A stretch of 64,000 nucleotides of DNA from Promethearchaeota archaeon (GTDB lineage Archaea > Asgardarchaeota > Lokiarchaeia > Sigyniarchaeales > SOKP01). Made by a program: the position numbers and the translations under genes. The stretch is taken from NCBI GenBank assembly GCA_048939995.1, contig JBHLOY010000005.1:64001-128000 (forward strand), written 5' to 3'. Positions 18,403-28,528 of the stretch are shown here, in pieces (position 1 is the stretch's first letter; each line of letters opens with the position of its first letter). Below the pieces are notes generated by a model. It was not told the origin of the DNA and made no database searches. It saw only the letters and a program-made list of their open reading frames with translations.

Positions 18403-19068
18403 CTAAAACTGGTTTTTTATAAAATCTTGAACTTGCTCTTCAGTGAGAGTTCCAATACGCACAAATTCTGGTTTGTTAGATATACAATTGATTATGGTTG
18501 TTGGTAATTTAGATTTTAATTTACCACCATCAATTATTAAATCTATCGGACTTAAAAATTTTTTTGCTATTTCATCACCACTCATACAAGGAGGTTCCCC
18601 AGAATAATTGGCAGAAGTTCCAATAATTCCTCCAAAATAACCTCTTGATTTTAAAATTTGCAGGATATTTAATATTACTTCATTCCTGGGAACTCTTAAC
18701 CCAATAGTATCTTTAAATCCAGATACTTCTGGGGGAATTATGTTAGGTTCTTTTTTTCTTAATATTAGTGTTAAAAGACCTGGCCAATACTTTTTTGCTA
18801 AAGATGTTGCCAATTTATTAAATTCTGCAATTTTTTTAGCTTCTTCTAGATCTGATACTAGTAGAAGTAAGCCTTTTGAGCGATCTCGAAACTTTATGTC
18901 GAAAATTCTCTTAATTGCGTCAAGGTTTTGAGGGTCAGCCCCGATACCATAAACAGAATCAGTTGGAAAGGCAATTATTTTACCCTCAATGACATTATCA
19001 ACGGCAATTTCAAGATAAGGCTTGATTTCTGCTAAACTCTTCCCTCTAACCTTAATTAAGAATCCCAT
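18403..19068 (-). CDS. Threonylcarbamoyl-AMP synthase, YrdC domain only (TsaC/Sua5 family)
   Basis: FPTDSVYGIG, KFR, WPGLLT, GLRVP, TSANYSG. Confidence 0.93.
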   Translation of the reverse strand: MGFLIKVRGKSLAEIKPYLEIAVDNVIEGKIIAFPTDSVYGIGADPQNLDAIKRIFDIKFRDRSKGLLLLVSDLEEAKKIAEFNKLATSLAKKYWPGLLTLILRKKEPNIIPPEVSGFKDTIGLRVPRNEVILNILQILKSRGYFGGIIGTSANYSGEPPCMSGDEIAKKFLSPIDLIIDGGKLKSKLPTTIINCISNKPEFVRIGTLTEEQVQDFIKNQF

Positions 19069-19103
19069 TTAGATTCAAAATACTTCATTTATTATTTAAA
19101 AAA

Positions 19104-20045
19104 TTATTTAGGGTATTTCTCTTGACAACTTAAACTAATTTCAAGGCGACTCCATGTATGATCAAGATATTCCTGAAGTTCTATTAAATCTTTCTCTGAT
19201 ATATTAGCAAATCTTTTTTGCTTAGAAAGATATTCAATAAGTTGAACCCTCTTAGACGGATCCAATAATGATTTACTTGGTTTTGATAAATTCATGATTC
19301 CATATTCTACTTCATATAAAATCCAAGATCCTGTTTTAACAGCTAATCTAGCAATTTCAATTGCCTCATTGGATTCGAAACCCCACCCTGGGGCGCAAGG
19401 AGCGAGAATATGAATATACTTACACCCTTCAATAGATTTAGCTTTTTTAAATTTATCATATAAATCAAGTGGTTCACTTATAGAACAAGTAGCTACGTAA
19501 GGAATGTCATGAGCAGCCATTATAGCGGGTAAATTCTTTTTAAAGCGATCCTTTCCCTTTGTAGTCGTACTTGTCCATGCCCCATGAGGCGTGCTCGAAG
19601 ATCTTTGAATACCTGTATTCATATAGGCTTCATTATCATAACACACATAAATTTGATTTGAATTTCTTTCTGCTGCTCCACTTAGACCTTGAATCCCGAT
19701 ATCTGCCGTACCACCATCTCCAGCAAATGTAATTGTTGTCATTTCATCCCAGCCTTTACCGGGAAATCTATATGCTTTTGCTTTAAAAGCAGCAGACATA
19801 CCTGTTGCTGCTGCTGCTCCTGCTGCAAAAGCCATATTTGTAAATGGGAAATTTGGTGCTGTTTTTGGCCATAATCCTACGACTACATTAAGGCAGGAAG
19901 CTGGTGTTACAAGAGCAGTATTAGGTCCCAATGCTTTTATAGCCCATCTAAGGGCGAGTTCTAAACCACATCCCGCGCAACAAGAATTTCCAGGAAGAAA
20001 ATACTCTTCTTGGCAAAATTCTAAAGCTTCTTTTAATTTAACCAT
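19104..20045 (-). CDS. 2-oxoacid:ferredoxin oxidoreductase beta subunit (TPP-binding)
   Basis: CAGCG, GDGGTADIG, YDNEAYMNTG, PCAPGW; likely start MVKLK at 20045. Confidence 0.92.
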   Translation of the reverse strand: MVKLKEALEFCQEEYFLPGNSCCAGCGLELALRWAIKALGPNTALVTPASCLNVVVGLWPKTAPNFPFTNMAFAAGAAAATGMSAAFKAKAYRFPGKGWDEMTTITFAGDGGTADIGIQGLSGAAERNSNQIYVCYDNEAYMNTGIQRSSSTPHGAWTSTTTKGKDRFKKNLPAIMAAHDIPYVATCSISEPLDLYDKFKKAKSIEGCKYIHILAPCAPGWGFESNEAIEIARLAVKTGSWILYEVEYGIMNLSKPSKSLLDPSKRVQLIEYLSKQKRFANISEKDLIELQEYLDHTWSRLEISLSCQEKYPK

Positions 20046-20049
20046 TCCT

Positions 20050-21306
20050 TTATTCAACCTCCAATAACCCGTCCCAGAGAGTTCCATGAATCATATTTTT
20101 TGGAAGTTCTCCAGTTTCATTATATTTAACTAACATTAATAATTGATTTTTTTGCTGTTTAAGCGTTACTTCTCTTCCCCCTAAACCATTAATAATTGGT
20201 AGTAATTTTGCAGTCCCTTTTGTTTCATGCAGAGCAGCTTTGACTTCACAACTAACAGGCCCTCCTGTTTGACACCCAAAAGCAGTAGCTCTGTCTATCA
20301 CTCCCAAAGCTTCTACTTTCTTAGCCACTTCAATAATATCTTCTGTCGGAAACGGTCTAAAATGCCTTAATTTTACCATTCCGACTTTATATCCCTCATC
20401 TCTTAAATCATCTATTGCTTGTTCCATTTGAAGAGCTAAGTCTCCATATGTAATTACTCCTACTTTTGCGTCCTCCATTTTATATTCTTGAATTAAACCA
20501 TTACCATAATTCCTTCCGAAAATGCTTTCAAATTCTTTAGCAACTGATTTAATTTTTTCTTTTGTTCTAATAAGCGCATCATGAATTTTTAATCTAAATT
20601 CATAATAAAAATTAGAAGGCATAATAAGATTTCCAAACATCATTGGTCTTTTTGGATCCATCCAAATATGTGGCCAACCTTCCTCACTTGGTAATGGTGG
20701 TAAAAATTTATCTACAAGATCTTGATCTTCTAAAATGACAGGTTTTGATGTGTGTGAAAGAATAAATCCTCCATAAGATACAAATTTCGGTAAAAGAACA
20801 TCATGATCTTCACAAACCTTATACGACATTAAAATTTCATCATATATCTCTTGATGTTCAGCACAAAAGCAACTCATCCATCCTGTGTCCCTCTGACTTA
20901 TTACATCAGTAAAATCTGCCCATATATTCCATGGTGGAGCTGGACCCCGAGAGGCTATTGCAACAACAATGGGAAGTCTAGCTCCAGCAGCCCAGTGAAT
21001 CATTTCATGAGCATAAAAAATTCCTTGGCCAGATGTAGCGGTAAATGTACGCGTTCCTGCTTTACTTGCACCAATTACAGCAGCAAAAACACTATGTTCC
21101 GACTCCATTTTTATGTACTCAGTTCCTGGCATTAAACCATTATCTACAAATTCAGATAGCTTTTCAACTACAGTGGTTTGGGGCGTTATAGGATATGCAC
21201 TAATAACTTGCACTCGAGCTGATTTTGCAGCATAAGCTGCAGCTTCGTTTCCTTTAATTATGATGGATTCTCTTTTTTGGACAAAATCTTGCTGGCTTTC
21301 AGTCAT
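20050..21306 (-). CDS. 2-oxoacid:ferredoxin oxidoreductase alpha subunit
   Basis: AYPITPQT, ESEHS, ATSGQG, RPFP, GLGGRE. Confidence 0.93.
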   Translation of the reverse strand: MTESQQDFVQKRESIIIKGNEAAAYAAKSARVQVISAYPITPQTTVVEKLSEFVDNGLMPGTEYIKMESEHSVFAAVIGASKAGTRTFTATSGQGIFYAHEMIHWAAGARLPIVVAIASRGPAPPWNIWADFTDVISQRDTGWMSCFCAEHQEIYDEILMSYKVCEDHDVLLPKFVSYGGFILSHTSKPVILEDQDLVDKFLPPLPSEEGWPHIWMDPKRPMMFGNLIMPSNFYYEFRLKIHDALIRTKEKIKSVAKEFESIFGRNYGNGLIQEYKMEDAKVGVITYGDLALQMEQAIDDLRDEGYKVGMVKLRHFRPFPTEDIIEVAKKVEALGVIDRATAFGCQTGGPVSCEVKAALHETKGTAKLLPIINGLGGREVTLKQQKNQLLMLVKYNETGELPKNMIHGTLWDGLLEVE

Positions 21307-21646
21307 CTTTTATATCACTCTCTCTAATCATTTCTATATTATTAGTAGGACACTCCTTAGCACATATGCCACACCCTTTACAATAACGTAAATCAATTTC
21401 AAAAGAACCATCTTCCTTCCTTTTAATTACACCCTCAGGACAATACATCCAACAAATTCCACATTTATTACACCCTTCTTTAATAACTGGTCTGAAGGTT
21501 CTCCAATCACCAGTTGTACCTAGATTTCCATCAATTGGCAAAGAAATGGGAATTGGTGATAATTCCTTCCAATTTTTATATTCTTGGACTTTCGGGCGTT
21601 CTTTTATGGATTTATTAATTTTCTTCCACTTTTTTGATTCTGACAT
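21299..21646 (-). CDS. 2-oxoacid:ferredoxin oxidoreductase delta subunit (2x[4Fe-4S])
   Basis: TGDWRTFRP, CNKCGICWMYCP, CKGCGICAKECP. Confidence 0.93.
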   Translation of the reverse strand: MSESKKWKKINKSIKERPKVQEYKNWKELSPIPISLPIDGNLGTTGDWRTFRPVIKEGCNKCGICWMYCPEGVIKRKEDGSFEIDLRYCKGCGICAKECPTNNIEMIRESDIKDD

Positions 21647-21648
21647 AA

Positions 21649-22236
21649 TTACATCTCTCTTACTGATTCATAAGCGTCTCTTGCAACGCTCATATTTTTT
21701 TCCAATCTTGTTTCTCCAAATTCCTTTTTTATCACTTTTTCCATTGTTTTAAGATTGTAAAAACCAGTAACCTTTCCAAATGCCCCTAACATAGGAATAT
21801 TTAGAATCGGACCGCTTGCATGCATAAAATTATGTTTAATACAAATGCCTGTAGCATCCACGATAAAAACCTTTACATTGCTTGGTAAGGCATTCATAAC
21901 TATAGATTCCGGACTGTTGATTATTAAATTGACTCCTTCCTTTATTGTCGCTTTAATCGTTGGTATTTCCAATAATGAAATATCAAACATAAGAATATAA
22001 TCTGGATCCACCACGCTATCATATGTTTTAATCACCCTAGACTTAGAAACTTTTGTAAAAGCTTGGATTGGTGCCCCCCTACGCTCAGCACCTATTATTG
22101 GTATAGCTATGGTATCTTGGAAACCCTCTTCAAATGCCATTTCTGCTAATAATTGGCTTGCTGTGATACAGGTTTGACCTCCTCTACAATGCATAGATAT
22201 TTCTACAATCTTTTCATCGTTTGACAATTTATTCAA
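21649..22236 (-). CDS. 2-oxoacid:ferredoxin oxidoreductase gamma subunit
   Basis: HCRGGQ, GAERRGAP, VDATGI, NIPMLGA. Confidence 0.92.
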   Translation of the reverse strand: MNKLSNDEKIVEISMHCRGGQTCITASQLLAEMAFEEGFQDTIAIPIIGAERRGAPIQAFTKVSKSRVIKTYDSVVDPDYILMFDISLLEIPTIKATIKEGVNLIINSPESIVMNALPSNVKVFIVDATGICIKHNFMHASGPILNIPMLGAFGKVTGFYNLKTMEKVIKKEFGETRLEKNMSVARDAYESVREM

Positions 22237-22466
22237 CTTAATTTTCTATATTTGTATTGAATGCAATAAGTCAAATAAAGGCACAATGAATAAAAGTTCT
22301 ATTGATTTTACATAAATAACTTCAAGATGAAACAATAGTATAGAATTTATAATAATAATTGTTATAACAATTAATTTATTCACTGAAAACTATTATTTTA
22401 TATTGACTTCAAGGATAATCATTAAATCAACCATTAAATTTAATCAAAATCTATTTAGGAACTATT

Positions 22467-23039
22467 ATGACTAGAAAGAAAAGGAATAGTAAAATTATTC
22501 ATTCTTTTAAATGTCCTTCATGTCAAGAAGGAACAATAGATATTAATAGAAGTATTTATGATCTCCCTGATGGAGATAAAATGCTTATCTTAAATTTTGA
22601 ATGTAATGCTTGCACCTTTCATAAAAATGATATAATTCCACTAACAACAAACATGGAACCAGGAATTATTACTTTACGAATCGAGGGGGAAGAAGACCTC
22701 AAATCTAAAATTTATCGTTCCCCAACTGGTAAGTTAGAAATCCCTGAACTTGATTTAATAGTAGAACCTGGACCGAGAGCAGAATTTTATTATACCAACG
22801 TAGAAGGTATACTCTTTAGATTCGAAAATGCTGTTGCAATCTACAAAAATAATCTTAGTAAAGATGATTCTGAATTTAAGGAAATAACCCAAACTTTGGA
22901 GGATTTAAAAAAAGCACTTGTTGGAAAATTCAAATTTACCTTAAAAATCACTGATAACGGAGGAGGGAGTTATATTATTCCAGTTAATAAATCAAATTAT
23001 AGTTTTGAGAAAATAAAATTAGATTCAAATTTGTCATAA
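22467..23039 (+). CDS. ZPR1 zinc-finger protein
   Basis: CPSC..CNAC, IPELDLIVEPG, TNVEGIL, ITDNGGGSYI. Confidence 0.9.
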   Translation: MTRKKRNSKIIHSFKCPSCQEGTIDINRSIYDLPDGDKMLILNFECNACTFHKNDIIPLTTNMEPGIITLRIEGEEDLKSKIYRSPTGKLEIPELDLIVEPGPRAEFYYTNVEGILFRFENAVAIYKNNLSKDDSEFKEITQTLEDLKKALVGKFKFTLKITDNGGGSYIIPVNKSNYSFEKIKLDSNLS

Positions 23040-23096
23040 CTTTTTAATAGAAGACCTCAATATAATAAAATCAACTAACCATTTTGATGAATCAAA

Positions 23097-24245
23097 ATGA
23101 GTATCAAAAAAATTGGAATTTTAACTGGTGGTGGGGATTGCCCCGGTTTAAATTCAGTAATCTATGGTATAATGTTAAAAGCTTACGAAGCGAGAGTGGA
23201 TTGTATTGGTATCCTTAAGGGCTGGAAAGGTTTTTTAAATAATGATACAATTCCTCTTAATATTGCTGAACATGATGACCTGCATACTGTTGGAGGAACG
23301 ATTCTCTATACAAGTAGGACAAATCCTTTTAAGGGGATCACCTCAAAAGAAGAGAGAGCTAAAGAATTAACAGTTAAATTTACTGAATTAGGCATCGATG
23401 CCTTGATAGCAATAGGAGGCGATGATACACTAGGAGTTGCAAATTCAATGCACAAATTTGCTGGAGCAAAAGTGGTTGGCGTACCAAAAACTATAGATAA
23501 CGACCTTTTGGGAACCCATTACACCTTTGGATTTTGGAGCGCTGTCCAATTAGCATCTAACACCCTTGATAATCTCACAACCACCGCACATTCACATCAA
23601 AGAGTATTTGTAGTTGAAATTATGGGCAGGGATGCTGGATTTCTCACCATGTATAGTGGTATATCTGCTGGTGCCGATATTATATTAATTCCAGAAACTC
23701 CATTTGATCTTGAAAGTGATATTATTGATGTACTTAAAAAAAGAGCCAACGCTGGTTATAAATATCATATTATTGCAGTATCTGAAGGAGCTTATCCAAA
23801 TTTAGAGTCATTAGAAAGAGACTTCAAAACGGTTTCAAAAGAAACAATTGATAAATTACCTAAAGATTCATTTGGTAATCCTTTACTCGCTAAATTGGGT
23901 GTTTCTCAAATAATTGTAGATGAATTAAATTTGAGAGATGATTTAAAAAGAGAATTTGAAAATAATGATGTTGAATTTGAATGTAGAAGTGTTGTTCTGG
24001 GGCATACTATGCGAGCAGGTACACCCAATTCGTTCGATAGAATCCTTGGATTAAGATTTGGACTAGCTGCAATGAAATTGGCGCTTGAAGGTAAATTTGG
24101 AAACATGGTCTCTTTGCAAGGTAATAGAATTACAACAGTACCTTTATCTGAAGGAGTGAAAAAGAAGTATATCACTGCAGAAAATGATAAAATGGAACTA
24201 CGGGATTTACTTGTAAAAATAAGATACCTCTCAAAACAAAAATAA
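23097..24245 (+). CDS. PfkA-family 6-phosphofructokinase, probably PPi-dependent
   Basis: TGGGDCPG, GGDDT, PKTIDND, MGRDAG. Confidence 0.9.
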   Translation: MSIKKIGILTGGGDCPGLNSVIYGIMLKAYEARVDCIGILKGWKGFLNNDTIPLNIAEHDDLHTVGGTILYTSRTNPFKGITSKEERAKELTVKFTELGIDALIAIGGDDTLGVANSMHKFAGAKVVGVPKTIDNDLLGTHYTFGFWSAVQLASNTLDNLTTTAHSHQRVFVVEIMGRDAGFLTMYSGISAGADIILIPETPFDLESDIIDVLKKRANAGYKYHIIAVSEGAYPNLESLERDFKTVSKETIDKLPKDSFGNPLLAKLGVSQIIVDELNLRDDLKREFENNDVEFECRSVVLGHTMRAGTPNSFDRILGLRFGLAAMKLALEGKFGNMVSLQGNRITTVPLSEGVKKKYITAENDKMELRDLLVKIRYLSKQK

Positions 24246-24249
24246 CTAA

Positions 24250-24516
24250 AAAGTTATTGATGAACTAAGAGGTATCATTTTTTCTATAATTAAGGGAAAT
24301 GAAACTGAACCTAAAGGACCAGAATACTATATTAGACCGATAGATGATTATTAAATTAAGTGGTTAGAAGTCCTTGTAAGGAAAAAAACTCAAATGTGGG
24401 AGAATGATCCTCAGCTCCATGAATATCTAGATAAAAGAGTGTTGATTATCAGAGAGATAATTGAGACAAAAAGCACAATTACAGTTGACTACTTCAAGAT
24501 AAATCAAATAGATTGA
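24250..24516 (+). pseudogene. Small gene remnant with in-frame TAA (24352-24354) and no start codon
   Basis: Single frame reads KVIDELRGIIFSIIKGNETEPKGPEYYIRPIDDY*IKWLEVLVRKKTQMWENDPQLHEYLDKRV..TITVDYFKINQID*. Confidence 0.45.
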
Positions 24517-24524
24517 AGCTTTAT

Positions 24525-25769
24525 TTAACCAAAATGTTTTTCTTCTTCTGCACCGCTTTCTAAAGCATCTTTCTCAACATCCCGATCAAGCCACTTCTCG
24601 CTTAGAAGCTCTTTATAATATTCGTGTTGTATAATTAGATTCATAATTTCTGTTGTTCCTGTCCAAATCTCTCCAAGACGTGAATCTCGGAGTATCCGTT
24701 CAATTGGATATACCGTAGTATATCCAATGCCTCCCATAATCTGCATCGCATTATTAATAATCTTCCAACAGTTTTTCGTTGAAAACTTTTTTGCTTCAGA
24801 AACTAACCTCCTTTGAAGTGCTGCAGGTGCGCCATTATCAATCGTTTTAGCAGTATTTAAGACAAGTGATCTAGCAGCGTCAAGGAGTGTAATGCTATCT
24901 GCAATTTTAAAATTAATTGCTTGAAAATTATTGATTGTTTGTCCAAAAGCTTTTCTTTTAGTTGAATATTTAGTAGCAATGTGAAGACAAGTTCTTGCTG
25001 ATCCTAATGAGCCTGCAGCAGTTGTAAGGCGTTCAGGAACCATCATCTGATAAAAAATCTTCCCTCCAGCACCTTCTTCAAGAATTAAGTTCTCTCTAGG
25101 TACCTCTACATCTGTGAATTTGAGTCTTCCTGCTCCACCTCCTCTTGTGCCTAGTAATCCATAGACATACTCTGTCTCAACACCCTTATTACGATCTACT
25201 ATAAAAAGACTTAAAGCATAGTGAGGATCAACTTTTGGATCTAGCTTTGTTCTTGCATATACTAGAAAAAAATCTGCACCTTCTGCTCCAACAACAAACC
25301 TTTTTTCTCCATTAAGGATATAATATTCCCCTTCCTTTATTGCTGTACATGTTGCTCCAAAAAAGTCAGATCCTCCTCTGGGCTCTGTTAATGCTTCTGC
25401 AGTGAACTTTTTACCTTCACACATAGGTTTTAAATAATTTATCTTTTGCTCTTCAGAACCGAAAAAATGCATCGCTTCTCCTGTTATAATAGGCAGTGAA
25501 TATAAACATGGAAGAGAGCTACCTAAAACGCCAACCTCTTCAAGGGCTACAACCTCACATTCCCAATTCAATCCACGCCCACCATATTGCTTTGGAAACC
25601 GTAATCCTATTAAATTATGCTTTCCAAGGTTTTTTAAAAATTCAATGGGATAATTTATTTCTTCTTTATCCATTTGTTTAATTAAAGAATGCGGGATTTC
25701 ATCCCTTACAAAATTGCGGACTTCTTCCTTAATTTTCTTAGCATTTTCACTTATCAAATAATCATACAT
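24525..25769 (-). CDS. Acyl-CoA dehydrogenase
   Basis: [39 protein letters not shown]. Confidence 0.93.
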   Translation of the reverse strand: MYDYLISENAKKIKEEVRNFVRDEIPHSLIKQMDKEEINYPIEFLKNLGKHNLIGLRFPKQYGGRGLNWECEVVALEEVGVLGSSLPCLYSLPIITGEAMHFFGSEEQKINYLKPMCEGKKFTAEALTEPRGGSDFFGATCTAIKEGEYYILNGEKRFVVGAEGADFFLVYARTKLDPKVDPHYALSLFIVDRNKGVETEYVYGLLGTRGGGAGRLKFTDVEVPRENLILEEGAGGKIFYQMMVPERLTTAAGSLGSARTCLHIATKYSTKRKAFGQTINNFQAINFKIADSITLLDAARSLVLNTAKTIDNGAPAALQRRLVSEAKKFSTKNCWKIINNAMQIMGGIGYTTVYPIERILRDSRLGEIWTGTTEIMNLIIQHEYYKELLSEKWLDRDVEKDALESGAEEEKHFG

Positions 25770-25941
25770 TATTGATTTTACCTATTTAATTTATACTGCG
25801 ATTAAATAATGATAGACTTAATAAAAATTAAGTAGTATAACTTCAAATCAAATTCTAAGTTCACTCGAAGTTCCAGACTTTAAACTATATATCAGATAAA
25901 TAATTCTTAAAAGTCATATAAATTGATTTAAGAAAACACTT

Positions 25942-27216
25942 ATGTCTGGAAAACTCAAACGTGCATATAATGAATATCCTAACTCATTTAAAGTGCTCAC
26001 TCTTGCCACTTTCATTGATACATTAGGTAGATTCCTACTATTCCCTTTTTTTGCAATTTACATAACTGAACACTTTAATGTTGGACTCATTGAAGTTGGA
26101 TTACTATTTTCAATATTTTCAGCCGGAAATATAATTGGTGGAGTGATTGGTGGTGCTCTAGCTGATAAATATGGTCGTCGTAAGATAATTTTATTTGGTT
26201 TGGTTGTTAGTGGAATCTCGAGCATATCAATGGGCTTAGTTAATGATCTCTATGTTTTTTATATTCTTGCATCGGTTTTAGGGCTAATAGGCAATTTTGG
26301 AGGACCGGCTCGTCAAGCTATGGTTTCAGATTTGCTTCCCAAAGAAAAACGAGCGGAAGGGTTTGGAATTCTTCGAGTGGCTCTAAATGTTTCAGCAGTA
26401 ATAGGACCTATTTTTGGTGGAATGTTGGCTACTCGCTCTTATATGCTGCTATTTATTGCTGATGCTGTGAGTAGTATAATTACAGGGATTATTGTATTTA
26501 TAGTCATTCCAGAGACTAAACCTCAAAGTCTAGATAATAAACCAGAAGAATCAGTATTTAAAACTATTATCGGATATAAGGAAGTTTTAAAAGATGGCCT
26601 ATTTCTATTATTTCTCTCGGTATCCGCTATAACGGTACTAGTATATATGCAATTAAATAGTACTTTATCAGTATTTCTATGGGAAGTTCACTCATTTCCA
26701 GTGGAGACCTTTGGTTGGTTACTCAGTATGAATGCTGTTATGGTAGTTATATTTCAATTTTGGATAACGAAAAAACTTTCAAAATATGCTCCTATGAAAA
26801 TGATGGCTCTTGGAACGCTTTTTTACATGGTTGGTTTTGGGATGTATGGTTTTATCTCAGAACCTTACATGTTTTTTATCGCAATGGGAATTCTAACTAT
26901 AGGTGAAATGATTGTGATACCCGTTAGTCAAAGTGCAGTTGCATCTTTTGCTCCTGAAGATAAGCGTGGACGTTATATGGCGGTGTTTGGCTTACATTGG
27001 GCTATTCCAAACCTTTTTGGGGTTATACTTGCTGGTTTAGTATCAGAAATTTTTGGAGCTAACTGGGTGTGGTATTTAGCGGGTATTCTATGTCTAATTG
27101 CTGTGTTGGGTTTCTGGGTTCTTCATGGTATTGCTAAAGATCGTTTTTCAAGTAAAATGCAACTAGAAGAAATTCAAAAAAAAGAAGAAAAAGAAATTCA
27201 TGAATTAATTGCGTAA
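25942..27216 (+). CDS. MFS transporter
   Basis: Motif A GALADKYGRR; about 12 TM segments. Confidence 0.93.
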   Translation: MSGKLKRAYNEYPNSFKVLTLATFIDTLGRFLLFPFFAIYITEHFNVGLIEVGLLFSIFSAGNIIGGVIGGALADKYGRRKIILFGLVVSGISSISMGLVNDLYVFYILASVLGLIGNFGGPARQAMVSDLLPKEKRAEGFGILRVALNVSAVIGPIFGGMLATRSYMLLFIADAVSSIITGIIVFIVIPETKPQSLDNKPEESVFKTIIGYKEVLKDGLFLLFLSVSAITVLVYMQLNSTLSVFLWEVHSFPVETFGWLLSMNAVMVVIFQFWITKKLSKYAPMKMMALGTLFYMVGFGMYGFISEPYMFFIAMGILTIGEMIVIPVSQSAVASFAPEDKRGRYMAVFGLHWAIPNLFGVILAGLVSEIFGANWVWYLAGILCLIAVLGFWVLHGIAKDRFSSKMQLEEIQKKEEKEIHELIA

Positions 27217-27322
27217 TTTTCATAGAAAACTATTTGGATCATATCCTTGTATACATAAATTATCGTAAAAGAGCAGTTTCACGAATAATTGATTTATAGT
27301 AATAAAAAATAAAATAAAAGAC

Positions 27323-27619
27323 TTATAACTCAAAAATCTCTTTAGCTTTTTCTTCGATAATCTCATTATTTACAAGGTCCCAAATTTCAGCATAGAAAAA
27401 TTCTTTATCATCCTTCACTATTATAGGTATTCCTTCAACACATGCGCTCATATCACAAAATAGGCTGTTGAATGTAGCATTTTTCATTAAAGGATCATCA
27501 AAATCCTTTGGATCTTGGTAATCTAATACTTTATAATTAATATTTTTATCATTAAGCCACTCTTCTAACTTTTCACAGAAAAAGCAATTCTTCTTAGTAA
27601 TAATTTTAAATTGTGTCAT
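27323..27619 (-). CDS. Glutaredoxin-like protein
   Basis: CFFC after the first strand; GIP cis-Pro motif. Confidence 0.75.
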   Translation of the reverse strand: MTQFKIITKKNCFFCEKLEEWLNDKNINYKVLDYQDPKDFDDPLMKNATFNSLFCDMSACVEGIPIIVKDDKEFFYAEIWDLVNNEIIEEKAKEIFEL

Positions 27620-27693
27620 GTTAAGAAATTAGATAAAATTATTTTTAAAAGTTCTCTTATGAAATTATAAACCTTAATTTTTCTATCATCACA

Positions 27694-28374
27694 ATGAATG
27701 ATTTTTTCACAATATACATTTATACACCATGGGACAGCCTCCATAGTGAAGATTTAACTTCAGTTAAGTTATTATCCCTAAAAAGTATTTTTGAAAAATA
27801 TCCTGTAATTGAGCCAAGCTTTTTTGATGATCTCACGTTGAATATATCAAAACATCAGCATTATTCTTGGTATAAAAGTATTAGAAGAATATTTGGCCCA
27901 GATAAAGAAGATTATGAGATAAAATCTTGGAATTTTATTTGGGCAATGGATAGAGAAAGAAGAATATTTCAATTTTTATTTCAAAGAATCGAATCTGGTA
28001 AAGATTCAAAGCGAATACTCGTAGCTTTAGCTCCTCCTGAATTAGGAAAACTATTTGTGCATTATAAAGGCGATGCAATTTTACGCACTCTCTCATTACT
28101 CAACAAGCCTCAAGAGGTCAAATTTTTAATAGTTCTTACCCCTAAAGGAAAGTCTATAGCCGAAGAACAACAACTAGTTAGATTTAATAAACAAGATCTA
28201 AATGAATCTCAATTAGTTAAAATACTAAAGAAATTGCCTAATGTTGAAGGTCAGTGGTTTCCCAATTTTACTCCAAGATGTCCCATCTGTAATGAACTAA
28301 TGATGGGTTTAAATGGCTATAAAGTGGGATTTGGTAAATTAATCTGTCCTCGTTGTGGCTATAAAAGAGAATAA
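27694..28374 (+). CDS. Hypothetical protein with C-terminal zinc ribbon
   Basis: CPIC..CPRCGY at the C-terminus. Confidence 0.6.
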   Translation: MNDFFTIYIYTPWDSLHSEDLTSVKLLSLKSIFEKYPVIEPSFFDDLTLNISKHQHYSWYKSIRRIFGPDKEDYEIKSWNFIWAMDRERRIFQFLFQRIESGKDSKRILVALAPPELGKLFVHYKGDAILRTLSLLNKPQEVKFLIVLTPKGKSIAEEQQLVRFNKQDLNESQLVKILKKLPNVEGQWFPNFTPRCPICNELMMGLNGYKVGFGKLICPRCGYKRE

Positions 28375-28528
28375 AATCTTGAATAATTTCATTTATATTT
28401 AAACTTTTACTTATTCTTGAATGAAATTTAATCATAAACTTATTATAAGAAAACACTAATTATGATACTTATAATAGATTTATTATTAACTTTTTATAAC
28501 CAAATAAATTTAAAGGAAAAAATTGTAA

